Shown here one piece after another: positions 27,238-38,006 of a stretch of DNA of 64,000 bases. A model generated the notes under the pieces. The model did no database searches and was not told the origin of the DNA. It saw only the letters and a program-made list of their open reading frames with translations. Origin of the DNA: Minisyncoccota bacterium (lineage in GTDB: Bacteria; Patescibacteriota; Minisyncoccia; Phycocordibacterales; UBA9973). The position numbers and the translations under genes were made by a program. The stretch covers positions 393 to 64,392 of the forward strand of contig DATJJU010000001.1 of assembly GCA_035491955.1 (NCBI GenBank). The letters run 5' to 3'. Every line of letters starts with the position of its first letter. The first letter of the stretch is position 1.

Positions 27238-28296
27238 TTATAACAGAAAATCGCCAATAATCTTTTCCACGTCTGCAACGTTATGAGCCTCATCCATAAG
27301 CTTCATGCGGAGCTCTTTGGCCCCAGGAAAGCCTGTGCAGTAGGCCTTGTAGTGCTTCTTCATAATAGAGAAGCTCTTGATATCTCCGAGGAGCTCTTCG
27401 AAGAGTTTGGTGTGCTCCACGAGGACATGCAGACGCTCGGTGATAGTGATAGGGCGCACGGCGGACTGCGCAGCAGTCCGCCGTGTTTCAAAGAGCTTTC
27501 CTATCAAAGGCAGCTTTTGCAACAATGGTTTCTTAGGAATACTGGCAATCATTTCCCTGCTTTCATCAAAAAACCATGGGTTGCCGAACAGTGCACGCCC
27601 TACCATGATGCCATCCGCTCCGCTTGCAGCAGCTTTTATTTTGCCATCAGCCAAGCTCGTCACATCGCCATTACCAATGATTACCGTATTCGGCGCCAGC
27701 ACATCACGAAGCTTCACTACTTCTTTTATATAGTCCCAGTGCGCAGGCACTTTTGACAGTTCTTTTCTTGTACGAGCATGGACAGTCAGTGCTGCAATAT
27801 TCTGCTTCAAGAGCAGCGGTATCCATTCTTCTATTTGCACGCTGTTGTACCCCACACGAGTCTTCACTGACACTGGCAGATCACCTGCTCCCCGCTTGGC
27901 TGCTGCAATGACCTGTACTGCGATCTCCGGCGTCTTTATCATAGCCGCACCTGCACCCTGCTTTTCAATAGTCTTATCCGGACAGCCCATATTAATATCG
28001 ATGCCATCAAAGCCAAGCTCTTTGCACAATCGTGCCGCTCCTTCGATCTTTTCAGGATTTGATGAAAAGATCTGCGCCACAATCGGACGTTCTATTTCTG
28101 AAAATTCCAAATCACGCTGCAACATTTCGCGTCCTGCACTCATCAAGCCATTAGCAGAAACGAACTCTGTCCACATGACATCGGGCTTGCCATATTTTGC
28201 AATCAAACGGCGAAAAGCCGGATCTGTTACATCCGCCATTGGCGCCACCGCAAAGAAGGGCCTCTTTTTATTTTTTAACTGCTGCCAGAAATTCAT
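27238..28296 (-). CDS. dus: tRNA-dihydrouridine synthase
   Basis: TIM-barrel Dus signature (APMADVTDPAFR...) with a conserved Cys and a C-terminal helical domain. Confidence 0.88.
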   Translation of the reverse strand: MNFWQQLKNKKRPFFAVAPMADVTDPAFRRLIAKYGKPDVMWTEFVSANGLMSAGREMLQRDLEFSEIERPIVAQIFSSNPEKIEGAARLCKELGFDGIDINMGCPDKTIEKQGAGAAMIKTPEIAVQVIAAAKRGAGDLPVSVKTRVGYNSVQIEEWIPLLLKQNIAALTVHARTRKELSKVPAHWDYIKEVVKLRDVLAPNTVIIGNGDVTSLADGKIKAAASGADGIMVGRALFGNPWFFDESREMIASIPKKPLLQKLPLIGKLFETRRTAAQSAVRPITITERLHVLVEHTKLFEELLGDIKSFSIMKKHYKAYCTGFPGAKELRMKLMDEAHNVADVEKIIGDFLL

Positions 28297-29129
28297 TATT
28301 GAAACTTATAGACTACTCTGTTCGAAAAGCGAAGATCAATATACTGCAAAACTTTGCTTGTGTCTCTATACTTCGTAGCCAGCGGGTTTGTACGCAAGCC
28401 GGTATACAAATCAGTCAACGCATCACTAATGCTGGTAGTTGGATCAAACATCAATACTGCCGGACGGCCTTCATGAGTGAAGTCTACATCAAGCTCATGA
28501 ATACTATTAAAATGAAATTCATTTGCCGTAATGCCAATAGTAGCCAAACGATCCAGAAGAAGCGAGATATCTGCCAGCTGAGCACTGGTCACTGCTTGGA
28601 AGGGAATGTTTTGCATACTACCTGAAAATATTTTTGGGTAGGCATCTCCTGAGAAGTACGGAGCAGACGTAAATGCTACGCCGTTTTGATCCATGAAATA
28701 ACAAGTGCTCTCATCGATGCACCACAGATACACTCCTTGGTACTCTGTGATAGAAACACTGAGCGTATTGAAATTCACGCGATTAATACTAACCGTTTGT
28801 ACACGAGAAAACTGCTGTTTGATCCTCTTTTCTAACTTATGAATCGGCACCAAGAAAATACTGCTCTTCGGCAAGACAAATAATTCCTTGCCTTGTAAAT
28901 TTTGCTGAATGAATTCAGTAATATCTCCCGGATCTACCACCTTTGCGCCTTCAACAGTAATATGCGTGACTTGCGCGCGAGGAATACGAATGACAAAAAT
29001 AATTGCGGCTATGATAACGATAGCAACGGTAATACGGAGTAATAATTTCCAATTGACGCGAGCCTCTTTTTTCTTTGACTCTTTTTCGTCATCCTTTAAA
29101 ACCGTCTTGTGATAGGTTCGCTCATACAT
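28296..29129 (-). CDS. ftsQ: cell division protein FtsQ/DivIB-like (POTRA domain)
   Basis: Basic N-terminus, single transmembrane helix, then a POTRA-like ITVEGAKVVDPGDITEFI segment; 277 aa. Confidence 0.55.
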   Translation of the reverse strand: MYERTYHKTVLKDDEKESKKKEARVNWKLLLRITVAIVIIAAIIFVIRIPRAQVTHITVEGAKVVDPGDITEFIQQNLQGKELFVLPKSSIFLVPIHKLEKRIKQQFSRVQTVSINRVNFNTLSVSITEYQGVYLWCIDESTCYFMDQNGVAFTSAPYFSGDAYPKIFSGSMQNIPFQAVTSAQLADISLLLDRLATIGITANEFHFNSIHELDVDFTHEGRPAVLMFDPTTSISDALTDLYTGLRTNPLATKYRDTSKVLQYIDLRFSNRVVYKFQ

Positions 29130-29130
29130 G

Positions 29131-30399
29131 TTACTTGCCGATGTATTCTTTATTGTTCATATAGGGACGAAGGGCTTGCGGAATAAGAATAGTGCCATCC
29201 GCTTGCTGGAAGTTTTCAATAAGAGAAACGAGGATGCGCGGCGTAGGAATAGCGGTACAGTTCAAAGAATGTGCATAGCGAAGCTTGCCGTCAGCATCTT
29301 TGTAGCGAATACCAAGACGTCGTGTTTGGAAATCGTGGAAATATGAAGCAGAAGAAATTTCTCGATATGTTTCTTCTTTTGGCACCCACAAATTGATGTC
29401 GTACATCTTCACTTTAGAAAGACCCATATCGCCCGTAGCATTGACCATAGTCTCATATGGAATACCTAATGATTCAATAAATTGCTCAGTGTTAGTATTA
29501 ATTTCTTCATGAAGGCGAACGCTTTCTTCATGCGACGCTTCGCACAACACTACCTGCTCCATCTTATAAAATTCATGAACGCGAATCAGTCCTTTGATGT
29601 CCTTGTTGTGAGAGCCGGCTTCCAAGCGATAGCATGGTGAGAAGCCGAGCATCTTCACAGGCAACTGTTCTTTTGGTAATACCTCATCCATGTACATACC
29701 CATGAGCGGCACTTCTGATGTCCCAACAAAATACGAATCATCTTGAGCCTTATAAATATCCGCCTCACCTTGTGGAATAAATCCGCAGCCCATCAATGGC
29801 TCGCGCTTGGTGTTGATAGGAGGCATGATCGGATTGAATCCTCGCTGAGTCCAAAAATCCAATGCATAGTTCCAAATAGCAAAACAGAGTTTTACGCCTT
29901 CACCTTTCAAAAAGTATCCGCGAAAGCCGTGAACCTTCACGCCTCGCTCAAAGTCCGCCATATCAAGAGCAGTCATGATATCGATGTGATCCTTTGGAGT
30001 GAAATCAAAGACCGGTTTGTCGCCCCACGTTTTTTGTACCACGTTTGCTGATTCATCAGGACCAACTGGCGCAGACATGTCTGGAATATTTGGCACCTGC
30101 AACATCAATGTCTGCCATTCTTTCATAATGACGCGGATGGCTTCTTCAGCCCGCTGTACTTTTTCTTTCAATGGCTTTAGATCTTCGATAAGCTTTGCTC
30201 GCTCATCGGCATCAGCGGTCTGAGGGATCTTATCTGACAAAACATTTTGTTCGGTACGAAGAGATTCAAAATGCGCCTGAGCTTCTCGTCGCTTTTCTTC
30301 CACTACCAAAAGCTCATCGAGATTAAATGAGATATTTTTCTTCTGCGCAGCCTCTTTGATAATATCCGGGTTTTCCTTGATAAACTTGATATCCAGCAT
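29131..30399 (-). CDS. serS: serine--tRNA ligase
   Basis: N-terminal coiled coil plus class II motifs 1-3. Start moved to MLDIKFI, which corresponds to cat at 30397-30399 on the plus strand. Confidence 0.93.
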   Translation of the reverse strand: MLDIKFIKENPDIIKEAAQKKNISFNLDELLVVEEKRREAQAHFESLRTEQNVLSDKIPQTADADERAKLIEDLKPLKEKVQRAEEAIRVIMKEWQTLMLQVPNIPDMSAPVGPDESANVVQKTWGDKPVFDFTPKDHIDIMTALDMADFERGVKVHGFRGYFLKGEGVKLCFAIWNYALDFWTQRGFNPIMPPINTKREPLMGCGFIPQGEADIYKAQDDSYFVGTSEVPLMGMYMDEVLPKEQLPVKMLGFSPCYRLEAGSHNKDIKGLIRVHEFYKMEQVVLCEASHEESVRLHEEINTNTEQFIESLGIPYETMVNATGDMGLSKVKMYDINLWVPKEETYREISSASYFHDFQTRRLGIRYKDADGKLRYAHSLNCTAIPTPRILVSLIENFQQADGTILIPQALRPYMNNKEYIGK

Positions 30400-30441
30400 A
30401 GTAGCCTTACTATACCACATTTTTATGGTTTTTAAATTTTC

Positions 30442-31347
30442 TTGATCTCCGTACTGTACACTCTGCAGATGGAAGAATTCCCCATTCAAACGATCTCCAT
30501 TGATGAGTATTTTCCGCAATTAAAAGAAATTCCCCAGCCTCCCAAGAAGCTCTACATGAGAGGCAGCCTTGAAAGTTCCGAAGGTCGGACCTTCGTAACA
30601 GTCGTAGGATCGCGCAGCTATACGCCCTATGGCAAGTTTGTCTGTGAGAAATTAATTAGCGGTCTTCGTGGTTATCCTGTCACGATAGTATCTGGTCTCG
30701 CTATTGGTATCGACAGCATTGCCCATCAAGCTGCCCTGGATGTCGGATTGCCCACTGTGGCATTTCCCGGTTCAGGATTAGATTGGAATGTGCTCTATCC
30801 TGCTAACAATAAAAAATTAGCAAAAAGAATTTTACAGAACGGCGGAGCACTGTTAAGCGAGTTTGAACATCGCGTTATCGGTGCACCATGGACATTTCCG
30901 CAACGCAATCGCTTAGAGGCCGGCATTGCCAGCATTACTATTATTATTGAAGCCAGAGAAAAATCAGGCACGCTGATCACTGCCCGCCTGGCCACTGAAT
31001 ACAACAAAATAGTCGGGGCTGTACCAGGGCCGATAAATGCTGAATCATCGGTGGGGGCAAATTGGCTTTTGAAGCTTGGCGCTATTCCTATTACCGAAAG
31101 TGCGGATATATTAAAAGAGCTTGGTTTTGCATTGCCGGGAGAGCTGCCATTTTATGCCAATAAGGGCCCTACTATTATATTGAATGAGACAGAAGAACTG
31201 ATCATGAGCGCGCTCAACGCTCCGCTTTCACGAGATACTATTATAGAGAAATTGCGGCTTGATCCTGTCACTGCAGCCATCGCTTTTTCTACTCTGGAGA
31301 TCAAAGGAATCATAAAAGAAGAATACGGCTTGATTGCCAAAAAATAA
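30442..31347 (+). CDS. dprA: DNA-processing protein DprA (Smf)
   Basis: Rossmann-like DprA core (VVGSRSYTPYG...GLAIGIDSIAHQAAL...) and a C-terminal winged helix. Confidence 0.88.
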   Translation: MISVLYTLQMEEFPIQTISIDEYFPQLKEIPQPPKKLYMRGSLESSEGRTFVTVVGSRSYTPYGKFVCEKLISGLRGYPVTIVSGLAIGIDSIAHQAALDVGLPTVAFPGSGLDWNVLYPANNKKLAKRILQNGGALLSEFEHRVIGAPWTFPQRNRLEAGIASITIIIEAREKSGTLITARLATEYNKIVGAVPGPINAESSVGANWLLKLGAIPITESADILKELGFALPGELPFYANKGPTIILNETEELIMSALNAPLSRDTIIEKLRLDPVTAAIAFSTLEIKGIIKEEYGLIAKK

Positions 31348-31374
31348 TATACATGGTACTACTGCAATCATTAT

Positions 31375-33579
31375 ATGAAATTATTAATCGTTGAATCGCC
31401 TTCAAAAGCGAAGACAATTGAAAAGTATCTCGAAGGCGAATACACCGTGCGCGCTTCTGTTGGACATGTGCGCGATTTGCCGAAATCAAATAAGAAAGCC
31501 ATCGATATTCCCGCTGGCTTTATTCCTCATTACGAAATCAGCAAAGGCAAAGAGAAAGTTGTTGATGAATTGCAATCATTAGCGGAAAAAGCGAAAGAGA
31601 TTTTTTTGGCTCCCGACCCGGACCGTGAAGGAGAAGCTATTGCCTGGCATATTGAAAGTCTTTTGAAAGAAGACAAGAAAGTCAAAGCACCGATCAAGCG
31701 CGTAACATTCAATGAGATCACCAAGGAGGCCGTGACTGAAGCGTTGCAACATCCGCGCGATATCGATACTGATCTTCGCCAAGCACAGGAAGCGCGTCGC
31801 GTACTTGATCGCCTCGTTGGGTATGATCTCTCCGGCATTATTTGGCAAAAGGTTCGCTACGGCCTTTCTGCGGGACGCGTGCAGTCCCCTGCATTGCGCA
31901 TATTAGTAGAGCGCGAACGCGAAATCCGCGCATTCATTCCTGAAGACTATTGGGTATTGCAAGCAAAAGTAAAAACACAAAAGGGCGCAGAGCTCACTCT
32001 GACATGTACGGAAGAGCCACGTGATCGCAAAGAAGTGGACCGTATTTTGGATGTGGCACAAAAAGAAGAGTGGATTGTGAAGGATGTAAAGGAGAGTGAG
32101 CAGAAGCGTTCACCAAAAGCACCGTTTACCACTTCTACTCTTCAGCAGGCAGCCAGTTCTCGCCTCGGCTTTTCTCCTGCGCGCACTATGCAGGTAGCAC
32201 AGAAGCTCTATGAAGCTGGTCATATTACCTACATGCGTACTGACTCTACCACTCTTTCAGAGCAAGCTATTCCAGGCATTATAAAGATTATTGAAAAAGA
32301 GCACGGCAAGAATTACGCAGAAGTACGAACATACAAGACCAAAGCCAAGAATGCACAGGAAGCCCATGAAGCCGTTCGTCCTACTCACCCAGAAAAAGGT
32401 TCTGCCGGAAATACTGAAGAGCAGAAGAAGCTCTATCGTTTGATTTGGGAGCGCACTATTTCTTCACAAATGGCTGATGCTAAAGTATTGAAGACTCGTG
32501 TGGTAGGCAATGTCAAAAGCGACAGCATCCCGGACTTCACTGTTACAGGAAGTCAGGTACTGTTCCCTGGATGGTTGGCAGTAGACACAGACGCGCGCGG
32601 TGAAGATGTTGAGCTCCCTGCTATTGCGCAAGGAGAAGCATTGAAACTCATTTCTATTGAAGATATTGCAAAACAAACTGAGCCACCAAATCGTTACTCA
32701 GAGGCAGGATTGGTGAAAGAGCTTGAAGCGCGCGGCATTGGCCGTCCTTCTACCTACGCTTCTATCATGAAGACATTGGAAGATCGCGGCTATGTAGAAA
32801 AAGTAGGACGATCATTGAAACCAACTGATACTGGTGAAGTAGTGTCATCATTCTTGGAGCAGAATTTTATGAACTACATCAGCGATACATTCACCGCTGA
32901 GATGGAAAATGAGCTCGACGATATTGCTAATGGCGATCGTCAGTACAAAAAAGTCTTGTCTGATTTCTATACTCCATTCCTTAAAGAGGTAAAAGAGAAA
33001 CAAAAGCTTGATAAGGCAACCACTCTCGAAAAGGCTGATCCGAAATATAAATGTCCAAAATGCGGCAGTCCAATGGTAGTGAAGCTGGGGCGTGGCGGTA
33101 AATTCCTGTCATGCGAACGCTACCCTGATTGTGATGGTGCACTGACTATCGATGGTTTGGAAATTAAAAAAGACGAACCTATTGGCATTGACCCAGAAAC
33201 TAATTTGCCAATCTTCACTATGATCGGACGCTTTGGTCCGTATGTTCAGCTCGGTGAAATGCCTCCAAAAGTAAAAGGCAAGAAACAGCAGAAGCCACGG
33301 ATGGCAAGTATTCCAAAAGAAGTGGATCCTACTACTGTCACCGTAGAGATGGCATTGAAGTATTTGTCGTTGCCTCGCACCCTTGGCAAACACCCGACTA
33401 CTGACTTAGATGTCACCGCTAACAATGGCCGCTTCGGCCCCTATGTCGCTCACGATGGAAATTTCCGTTCAATCAAGCCACCGCTTGATGTGTACACTAT
33501 CACTCTTGAGCAAGCATTAGAACTCCTCGCACAAGAAAAGAGACCAAGAGGTTTCCAGCGAAAGAAAAAGGAAGAATAA
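31375..33579 (+). CDS. topA: DNA topoisomerase I
   Basis: Toprim N-terminus (LLIVESPSKAKTI), catalytic domains, and C-terminal C4 zinc ribbons (CPKCGSP...C..C). Confidence 0.95.
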   Translation: MKLLIVESPSKAKTIEKYLEGEYTVRASVGHVRDLPKSNKKAIDIPAGFIPHYEISKGKEKVVDELQSLAEKAKEIFLAPDPDREGEAIAWHIESLLKEDKKVKAPIKRVTFNEITKEAVTEALQHPRDIDTDLRQAQEARRVLDRLVGYDLSGIIWQKVRYGLSAGRVQSPALRILVEREREIRAFIPEDYWVLQAKVKTQKGAELTLTCTEEPRDRKEVDRILDVAQKEEWIVKDVKESEQKRSPKAPFTTSTLQQAASSRLGFSPARTMQVAQKLYEAGHITYMRTDSTTLSEQAIPGIIKIIEKEHGKNYAEVRTYKTKAKNAQEAHEAVRPTHPEKGSAGNTEEQKKLYRLIWERTISSQMADAKVLKTRVVGNVKSDSIPDFTVTGSQVLFPGWLAVDTDARGEDVELPAIAQGEALKLISIEDIAKQTEPPNRYSEAGLVKELEARGIGRPSTYASIMKTLEDRGYVEKVGRSLKPTDTGEVVSSFLEQNFMNYISDTFTAEMENELDDIANGDRQYKKVLSDFYTPFLKEVKEKQKLDKATTLEKADPKYKCPKCGSPMVVKLGRGGKFLSCERYPDCDGALTIDGLEIKKDEPIGIDPETNLPIFTMIGRFGPYVQLGEMPPKVKGKKQQKPRMASIPKEVDPTTVTVEMALKYLSLPRTLGKHPTTDLDVTANNGRFGPYVAHDGNFRSIKPPLDVYTITLEQALELLAQEKRPRGFQRKKKEE

Positions 33580-33584
33580 AAAAA

Positions 33585-33610
33585 ATCCAGACTCATAAGT
33601 CTGGATTTGC
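33585..33610 (+). terminator. rho-independent terminator (ATCCAGACT-cataa-AGTCTGGAT followed by TT) after topA
   Basis: 9-bp stem immediately after the stop codon. Confidence 0.65.
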
Positions 33611-33732
33611 CAAAGGTGCTCACCCTGTCCGCACCTTCGAAAAGGGTACACGGTGAGTGGCATACGAATCGTAATCCATCAATAAAATGATGTCAACTTT
33701 TTACTCAAAAATGTTTGACATAACTGATATAT

Positions 33733-33761
33733 TGACATTATAGGAAAAAATGGTTATAAAT
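33733..33761 (+). promoter_or_regulatory. sigma70-like promoter (TTGACA-17-TATAAAT) preceded by a second TTGACA at 33715
   Basis: Consensus hexamers upstream of the 33797 gene. Confidence 0.55.
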
Positions 33762-33796
33762 TTGAAAAATTAGCTGCTTATCAAACCCATATCAAA

Positions 33797-34129
33797 ATGC
33801 ACAACTTTCAAATTAACCCTGAAGCCTGTTGGCTATCTGTCGGCATGATTGCCTATTCAATCATCATTATCCTTATTGGACTTTACAGAGGGTATACGGA
33901 GAGTCCTGTTTCTCCTTATATTTACATTGTCGTAATTACGGCCTGTATTATATTCTGTCCAGCCCGACCGATATCTGATGAAGGAGGAAGCCTTATGCTG
34001 CTCGCTTATATCGTAGGTATTATAATGATGTGGGCATATCACTTAAATCACATTAAGGTCTACTCTACCTTCGATGAGGAACTTCTCAAAAAGAATGGCT
34101 ATTGGTATCATCGACATCAAGTTGATTAA
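33797..34129 (+). CDS. hypothetical membrane protein
   Basis: 110 aa with 3 transmembrane helices. Confidence 0.5.
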   Translation: MHNFQINPEACWLSVGMIAYSIIIILIGLYRGYTESPVSPYIYIVVITACIIFCPARPISDEGGSLMLLAYIVGIIMMWAYHLNHIKVYSTFDEELLKKNGYWYHRHQVD

Positions 34130-34143
34130 TAAAAAATTTTTAT

Positions 34144-34177
34144 GCCGCCACTATCACTACAGTGGCGGATTTTTTAT
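34144..34177 (+). terminator. rho-independent terminator (GCCGCCACT...AGTGGCGG followed by T6)
   Basis: Hairpin followed by a T tract. Confidence 0.75.
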
Positions 34178-34201
34178 TGTGCGTTATAGTAGTTAATACC
34201 T

Positions 34202-35665
34202 ATGGATATCCAGGAATTATTTTCATTGATTGAATACCCGCTGAGTCAGGATGAAAAATCTCTTATTCAGCGCGCGTATGATTTCGCGAAATCAAAGCAT
34301 GAGACACAGAAGCGCAATAGCGGCGAGCCGTACTTTGTGCACGTCTTTGCTGTAGCTAAGAATTGCGCCATGCTGGGCATGGATGTGGAAACGATTATTG
34401 GAGGATTGCTACACGATACACTTGAAGACACCGATGCGACAGAGGAAGAAATTCTCGAACAGTTCGGTGAGAACATTCTATTCTTGGTCAAAGGCGTTAC
34501 CAAGCTTGGTAAGTTGAAATACCGAGGACGAGAGCGCCATGTGGAAAGTATGCGAAAGTTTTTCGTGGCTATGTCAGAAGACTTGCGCGTGCTTATCATC
34601 AAGCTGGCAGACCGTCTTCACAACGTGCAGACACTGGAACATGTTCGCCCGGATAAGCAGGTACGTATTGCCGTAGAGACTATTGCTGTTCACGCCGCTC
34701 TGGCTGGCCGTCTCGGCATGGGTAAATTGAAAGGCATGCTTGAAGACTATGCATTCCCCTACGCCTACCCAAAAGAGTACGCTCAGACCAAAGCATTGTT
34801 TGACGCACGAATGCCCGAAGCGCAAAAAACTATTAAGGAAGTCCACACCACTATTGAAAAAACATTGAAGGAATTCAATATTCATAATCCGACCGTAGAC
34901 TCGCGCGTGAAGCATCTCTACAGCCTCTATCGCAAACTGACAAAATATCAAATGGATATTGATCGCATTTATGACATTGTGGCATTGCGCGTGCAGCTGA
35001 ATACTGTGGCAGACTGCTATCAGGTCCTTGGTCTCGTGCATATGCTGTGGAAGCCTATCCCTGGCCGCATTAAGGACTATATTGCCTTACCGAAACCAAA
35101 CGGCTATCAGTCTCTTCACACCACTGTTGTCACAGAGCATGGCATTATAGAAATACAAATCCGTACCTATGCCATGAACCAAGAAGCTGATATGGGTGTC
35201 GCATCTCATTTTCTCTACAAAGAAAAAGTGTTTGATAAGAATAGCGTACCGAGCAATAAGCAGCTCGGCTGGCTTGATGAATTGCGCGAACTGCAAGGAG
35301 TAGTAGCAAAGCCAAGCCGCTTCCTTGAGCAACTCAATCATGACCTCTTTAAAAATCGCATCTTCGTTTTCACGCCTAAAGGTGATGTCATCGACCTTCC
35401 TGAAGATGCCAGCCCTGTCGACTTTGCATATGCTATCCATTCCGCTATCGGCGAAACAACAGCCTCTGCCCGCATCAATAGCAAGATGGCACCCCTTGGA
35501 GCAAAATTAAAAAATGGCGACATCGTAGAAATCGTCACCAGCAAGAATGCCAAGCCTTCCAATAAATGGCTAGACTACGCCAAGACTACTCTCGCCCGCC
35601 GCAAAATCCGCGCCTACATTGCCGAACACGGCGGCCTCCTGCAGAAGTTTTTAGCGAAAGAATAA
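34202..35665 (+). CDS. relA: RelA/SpoT-family (p)ppGpp synthetase/hydrolase (HD + synthetase + TGS; no ACT domain)
   Basis: HD motif HDTLEDT, the synthetase domain, and a C-terminal TGS domain; 487 aa. Confidence 0.9.
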   Translation: MDIQELFSLIEYPLSQDEKSLIQRAYDFAKSKHETQKRNSGEPYFVHVFAVAKNCAMLGMDVETIIGGLLHDTLEDTDATEEEILEQFGENILFLVKGVTKLGKLKYRGRERHVESMRKFFVAMSEDLRVLIIKLADRLHNVQTLEHVRPDKQVRIAVETIAVHAALAGRLGMGKLKGMLEDYAFPYAYPKEYAQTKALFDARMPEAQKTIKEVHTTIEKTLKEFNIHNPTVDSRVKHLYSLYRKLTKYQMDIDRIYDIVALRVQLNTVADCYQVLGLVHMLWKPIPGRIKDYIALPKPNGYQSLHTTVVTEHGIIEIQIRTYAMNQEADMGVASHFLYKEKVFDKNSVPSNKQLGWLDELRELQGVVAKPSRFLEQLNHDLFKNRIFVFTPKGDVIDLPEDASPVDFAYAIHSAIGETTASARINSKMAPLGAKLKNGDIVEIVTSKNAKPSNKWLDYAKTTLARRKIRAYIAEHGGLLQKFLAKE

Positions 35666-35711
35666 AAAATACCAGTATTAAAAATACTGGTATTTTTGGT
35701 CAAAAAATTAA

Positions 35712-36335
35712 TTAACCAAATAGTGTTATAAGGCTTGCAAAAACAAAAAATACTAAAAGAATAATTTTAAAGACAGCACTCGCCCCCAAATCAGCGTCAA
35801 TATCATTATTGTTATCCTTGTTTTCTTCCAACAGATCATTAGTATCTTCAAAAACATACGTCTCTAAAACAGTATTTTTCTGAAAGATTTTGGGATTAAT
35901 TTTTGCTTGCTTAACAAAAGTTCTCTTTTCTATACATCGTCTCCAGGTAACACAGAAGATTATCAAAGAAATGACAAAGAATATTATCTTATTGATAAGC
36001 ACCCGAACGCCATGACCGAATATCCTCCACAAAATAACAGTAATAGTGAATTTCCCTACTCTACTGTCAGCAAATTTATTCGATTGCCTGGAGAGGATAT
36101 TTGAAACAGTATCGATGGCTAATCCAATTTCTCTTGGATCAACCTTATCCTTGAACTGTTCAACGCTCTGCATAATATCATCAACGCTTTTAACATTTGG
36201 TGTTGATTGTTCAAATCTTTTTGCAATATCTGGAGGTAAAGCACCTCTTCTAACATAGACAATAGAATCGGTTCCGGCTGATGCCTGTGTTGCCAAACCT
36301 AGTAGCATACACACTGCGATAACAATGCTTTTCAT
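35712..36335 (-). CDS. hypothetical secreted/membrane protein
   Basis: Signal peptide and a C-terminal transmembrane helix; 207 aa. Confidence 0.45.
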   Translation of the reverse strand: MKSIVIAVCMLLGLATQASAGTDSIVYVRRGALPPDIAKRFEQSTPNVKSVDDIMQSVEQFKDKVDPREIGLAIDTVSNILSRQSNKFADSRVGKFTITVILWRIFGHGVRVLINKIIFFVISLIIFCVTWRRCIEKRTFVKQAKINPKIFQKNTVLETYVFEDTNDLLEENKDNNNDIDADLGASAVFKIILLVFFVFASLITLFG

Positions 36336-36338
36336 TTC

Positions 36339-36908
36339 TTAGATAATTATCCATGAGAGAATTAAATAGACAATAAACCATACTAGTAGGTGCCACCAGG
36401 TGGGGACATACACTTTATAAGTTGCATTTAAGTCGTTATCTATATGTAACTGCTCGCTTCGCGCCACTAATCTTTTCCTCCAATGTCCTACAAATAAAAC
36501 CATGAAGATAATCATCGTTAAAATATGAAGGACGAAAGATAAGATATCCGATCCAATGGTTTTATAGGCAATCAAAAAAAGTGAAAGATTGCCGAGCTTC
36601 GTTTCTGAAAACTTTTCGGCATTATCTGTAATTTTTGAAAGAGTAATATCGGTTACCTTTCCAAAGTACACCACGTTCTTCATAAAGTTGCTCACTTTCT
36701 GAGGCTGGAAGTACGGATTTTCATAACGAATGTAACCACCTTTTTGAAGGTATGTGTAAAGGTCAGCAGGAATATCACTCTTGTGAACCTGGACCCATTC
36801 GCTTTTCTGAGTCGTTGTGTCGACATCATCGGCGGCCGCTGCCATACACGGCAGGATCAGTAACCATACTCCAAGTATCGTTACAAGGTATAGATTTTTT
36901 GTTTTCAT
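36339..36908 (-). CDS. hypothetical secreted/membrane protein
   Basis: Signal peptide and C-terminal transmembrane helices; 189 aa. Confidence 0.45.
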   Translation of the reverse strand: MKTKNLYLVTILGVWLLILPCMAAAADDVDTTTQKSEWVQVHKSDIPADLYTYLQKGGYIRYENPYFQPQKVSNFMKNVVYFGKVTDITLSKITDNAEKFSETKLGNLSLFLIAYKTIGSDILSFVLHILTMIIFMVLFVGHWRKRLVARSEQLHIDNDLNATYKVYVPTWWHLLVWFIVYLILSWIII

Positions 36909-36967
36909 TTTTAATTTACATTTGTGAAAACATTAGCACTAAATATTGAATTGTCAATGTTTACTAC

Positions 36968-37942
36968 CTAAAGTGAAAAGTTCTTGAGATTATAAAGATC
37001 TTCCAGTTCTTCTTCAGATTCCTGTTTTTCCTGAGTATCGCGATCGTCGAGGAACTCCATTTCTTCTTTTTGAACTTCGGCTGATTCAATAGGTGGAAGG
37101 GTCGGCATGGCGGCTACTTCCCTTTTATTGAGAACATCTAAAATAAGATCAAGATCATCATTTGAGAAATAGTCGATAGTGATTTTTCCTCCTGCTTCTT
37201 TTGGTTCGATATGCACGCGCGTGCCAAGGGTCTCTTGAAGCTTCTGTTCGATCTGCATGAGCTCAGCATTTGGGATCAATTCCTTCTTTCGAACCTTGTC
37301 TACAGCAATACGGCGAGCAATGCGCTCTGCTTCGCGGACAGTAATCTTGCGAAATTGAATTTCCTTAAAGAGTGTCGCCTGCTCTTCTGGACGACTGGAT
37401 AGCATCATCAGCGGACGAGTATGCCCTTCATTGATTTTGCCAGTTGAAAGGGCATCAAGAATATCTTGTGGCAAACTAAGCAGGCGAACAGTGTTGGAAA
37501 CATACTCGCGGCTCTTGCCTACTTTCTGCCCGATCTGCGTGTGAGTGAATTTAAATTCATCTACCAAACGAGCAAAGGCACGAGCGCGTTCAACAGCGTT
37601 GAGATCTTCACGCTGCAGGTTTTCGATAATAGCAAGCTCGAGCTTCATCATTGAGTCGTCACCAACGCGAATAATGGCCGGCACTTCGCGCAACCCAGCC
37701 AGCTTTGAGGCGCGCAAACGGCGCTCTCCGGCAATAAGTTCGTACTCTGTAACAAGGCCACCATCTGCTGTCTCACGCTCCACGCGAGACACTACTAACG
37801 GCTGCAAGATACCATACTGCCGAATAGAGTCAGAGAGGTCCTTCAATGGTCCTGGCTCGAACTCTCGGCGAGGCTGATACGGATTGGGAACGATCTTGTC
37901 GACTTCGATAAAGAAAATTGAATTCGTATAGAGATTGGACAT
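36968..37942 (-). CDS. parB: chromosome partitioning protein ParB (Spo0J)
   Basis: ParB N-terminal motifs (VPNPYQPRR, GERR) and an HTH. Start moved to MSNLYT. Confidence 0.9.
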   Translation of the reverse strand: MSNLYTNSIFFIEVDKIVPNPYQPRREFEPGPLKDLSDSIRQYGILQPLVVSRVERETADGGLVTEYELIAGERRLRASKLAGLREVPAIIRVGDDSMMKLELAIIENLQREDLNAVERARAFARLVDEFKFTHTQIGQKVGKSREYVSNTVRLLSLPQDILDALSTGKINEGHTRPLMMLSSRPEEQATLFKEIQFRKITVREAERIARRIAVDKVRKKELIPNAELMQIEQKLQETLGTRVHIEPKEAGGKITIDYFSNDDLDLILDVLNKREVAAMPTLPPIESAEVQKEEMEFLDDRDTQEKQESEEELEDLYNLKNFSL

Positions 37943-38006
37943 GGCAATAGTGTAACATATCCAAGATTTGAAAAAATTGTGAAAAAATGGCATGATGGAG
38001 GCCAAT

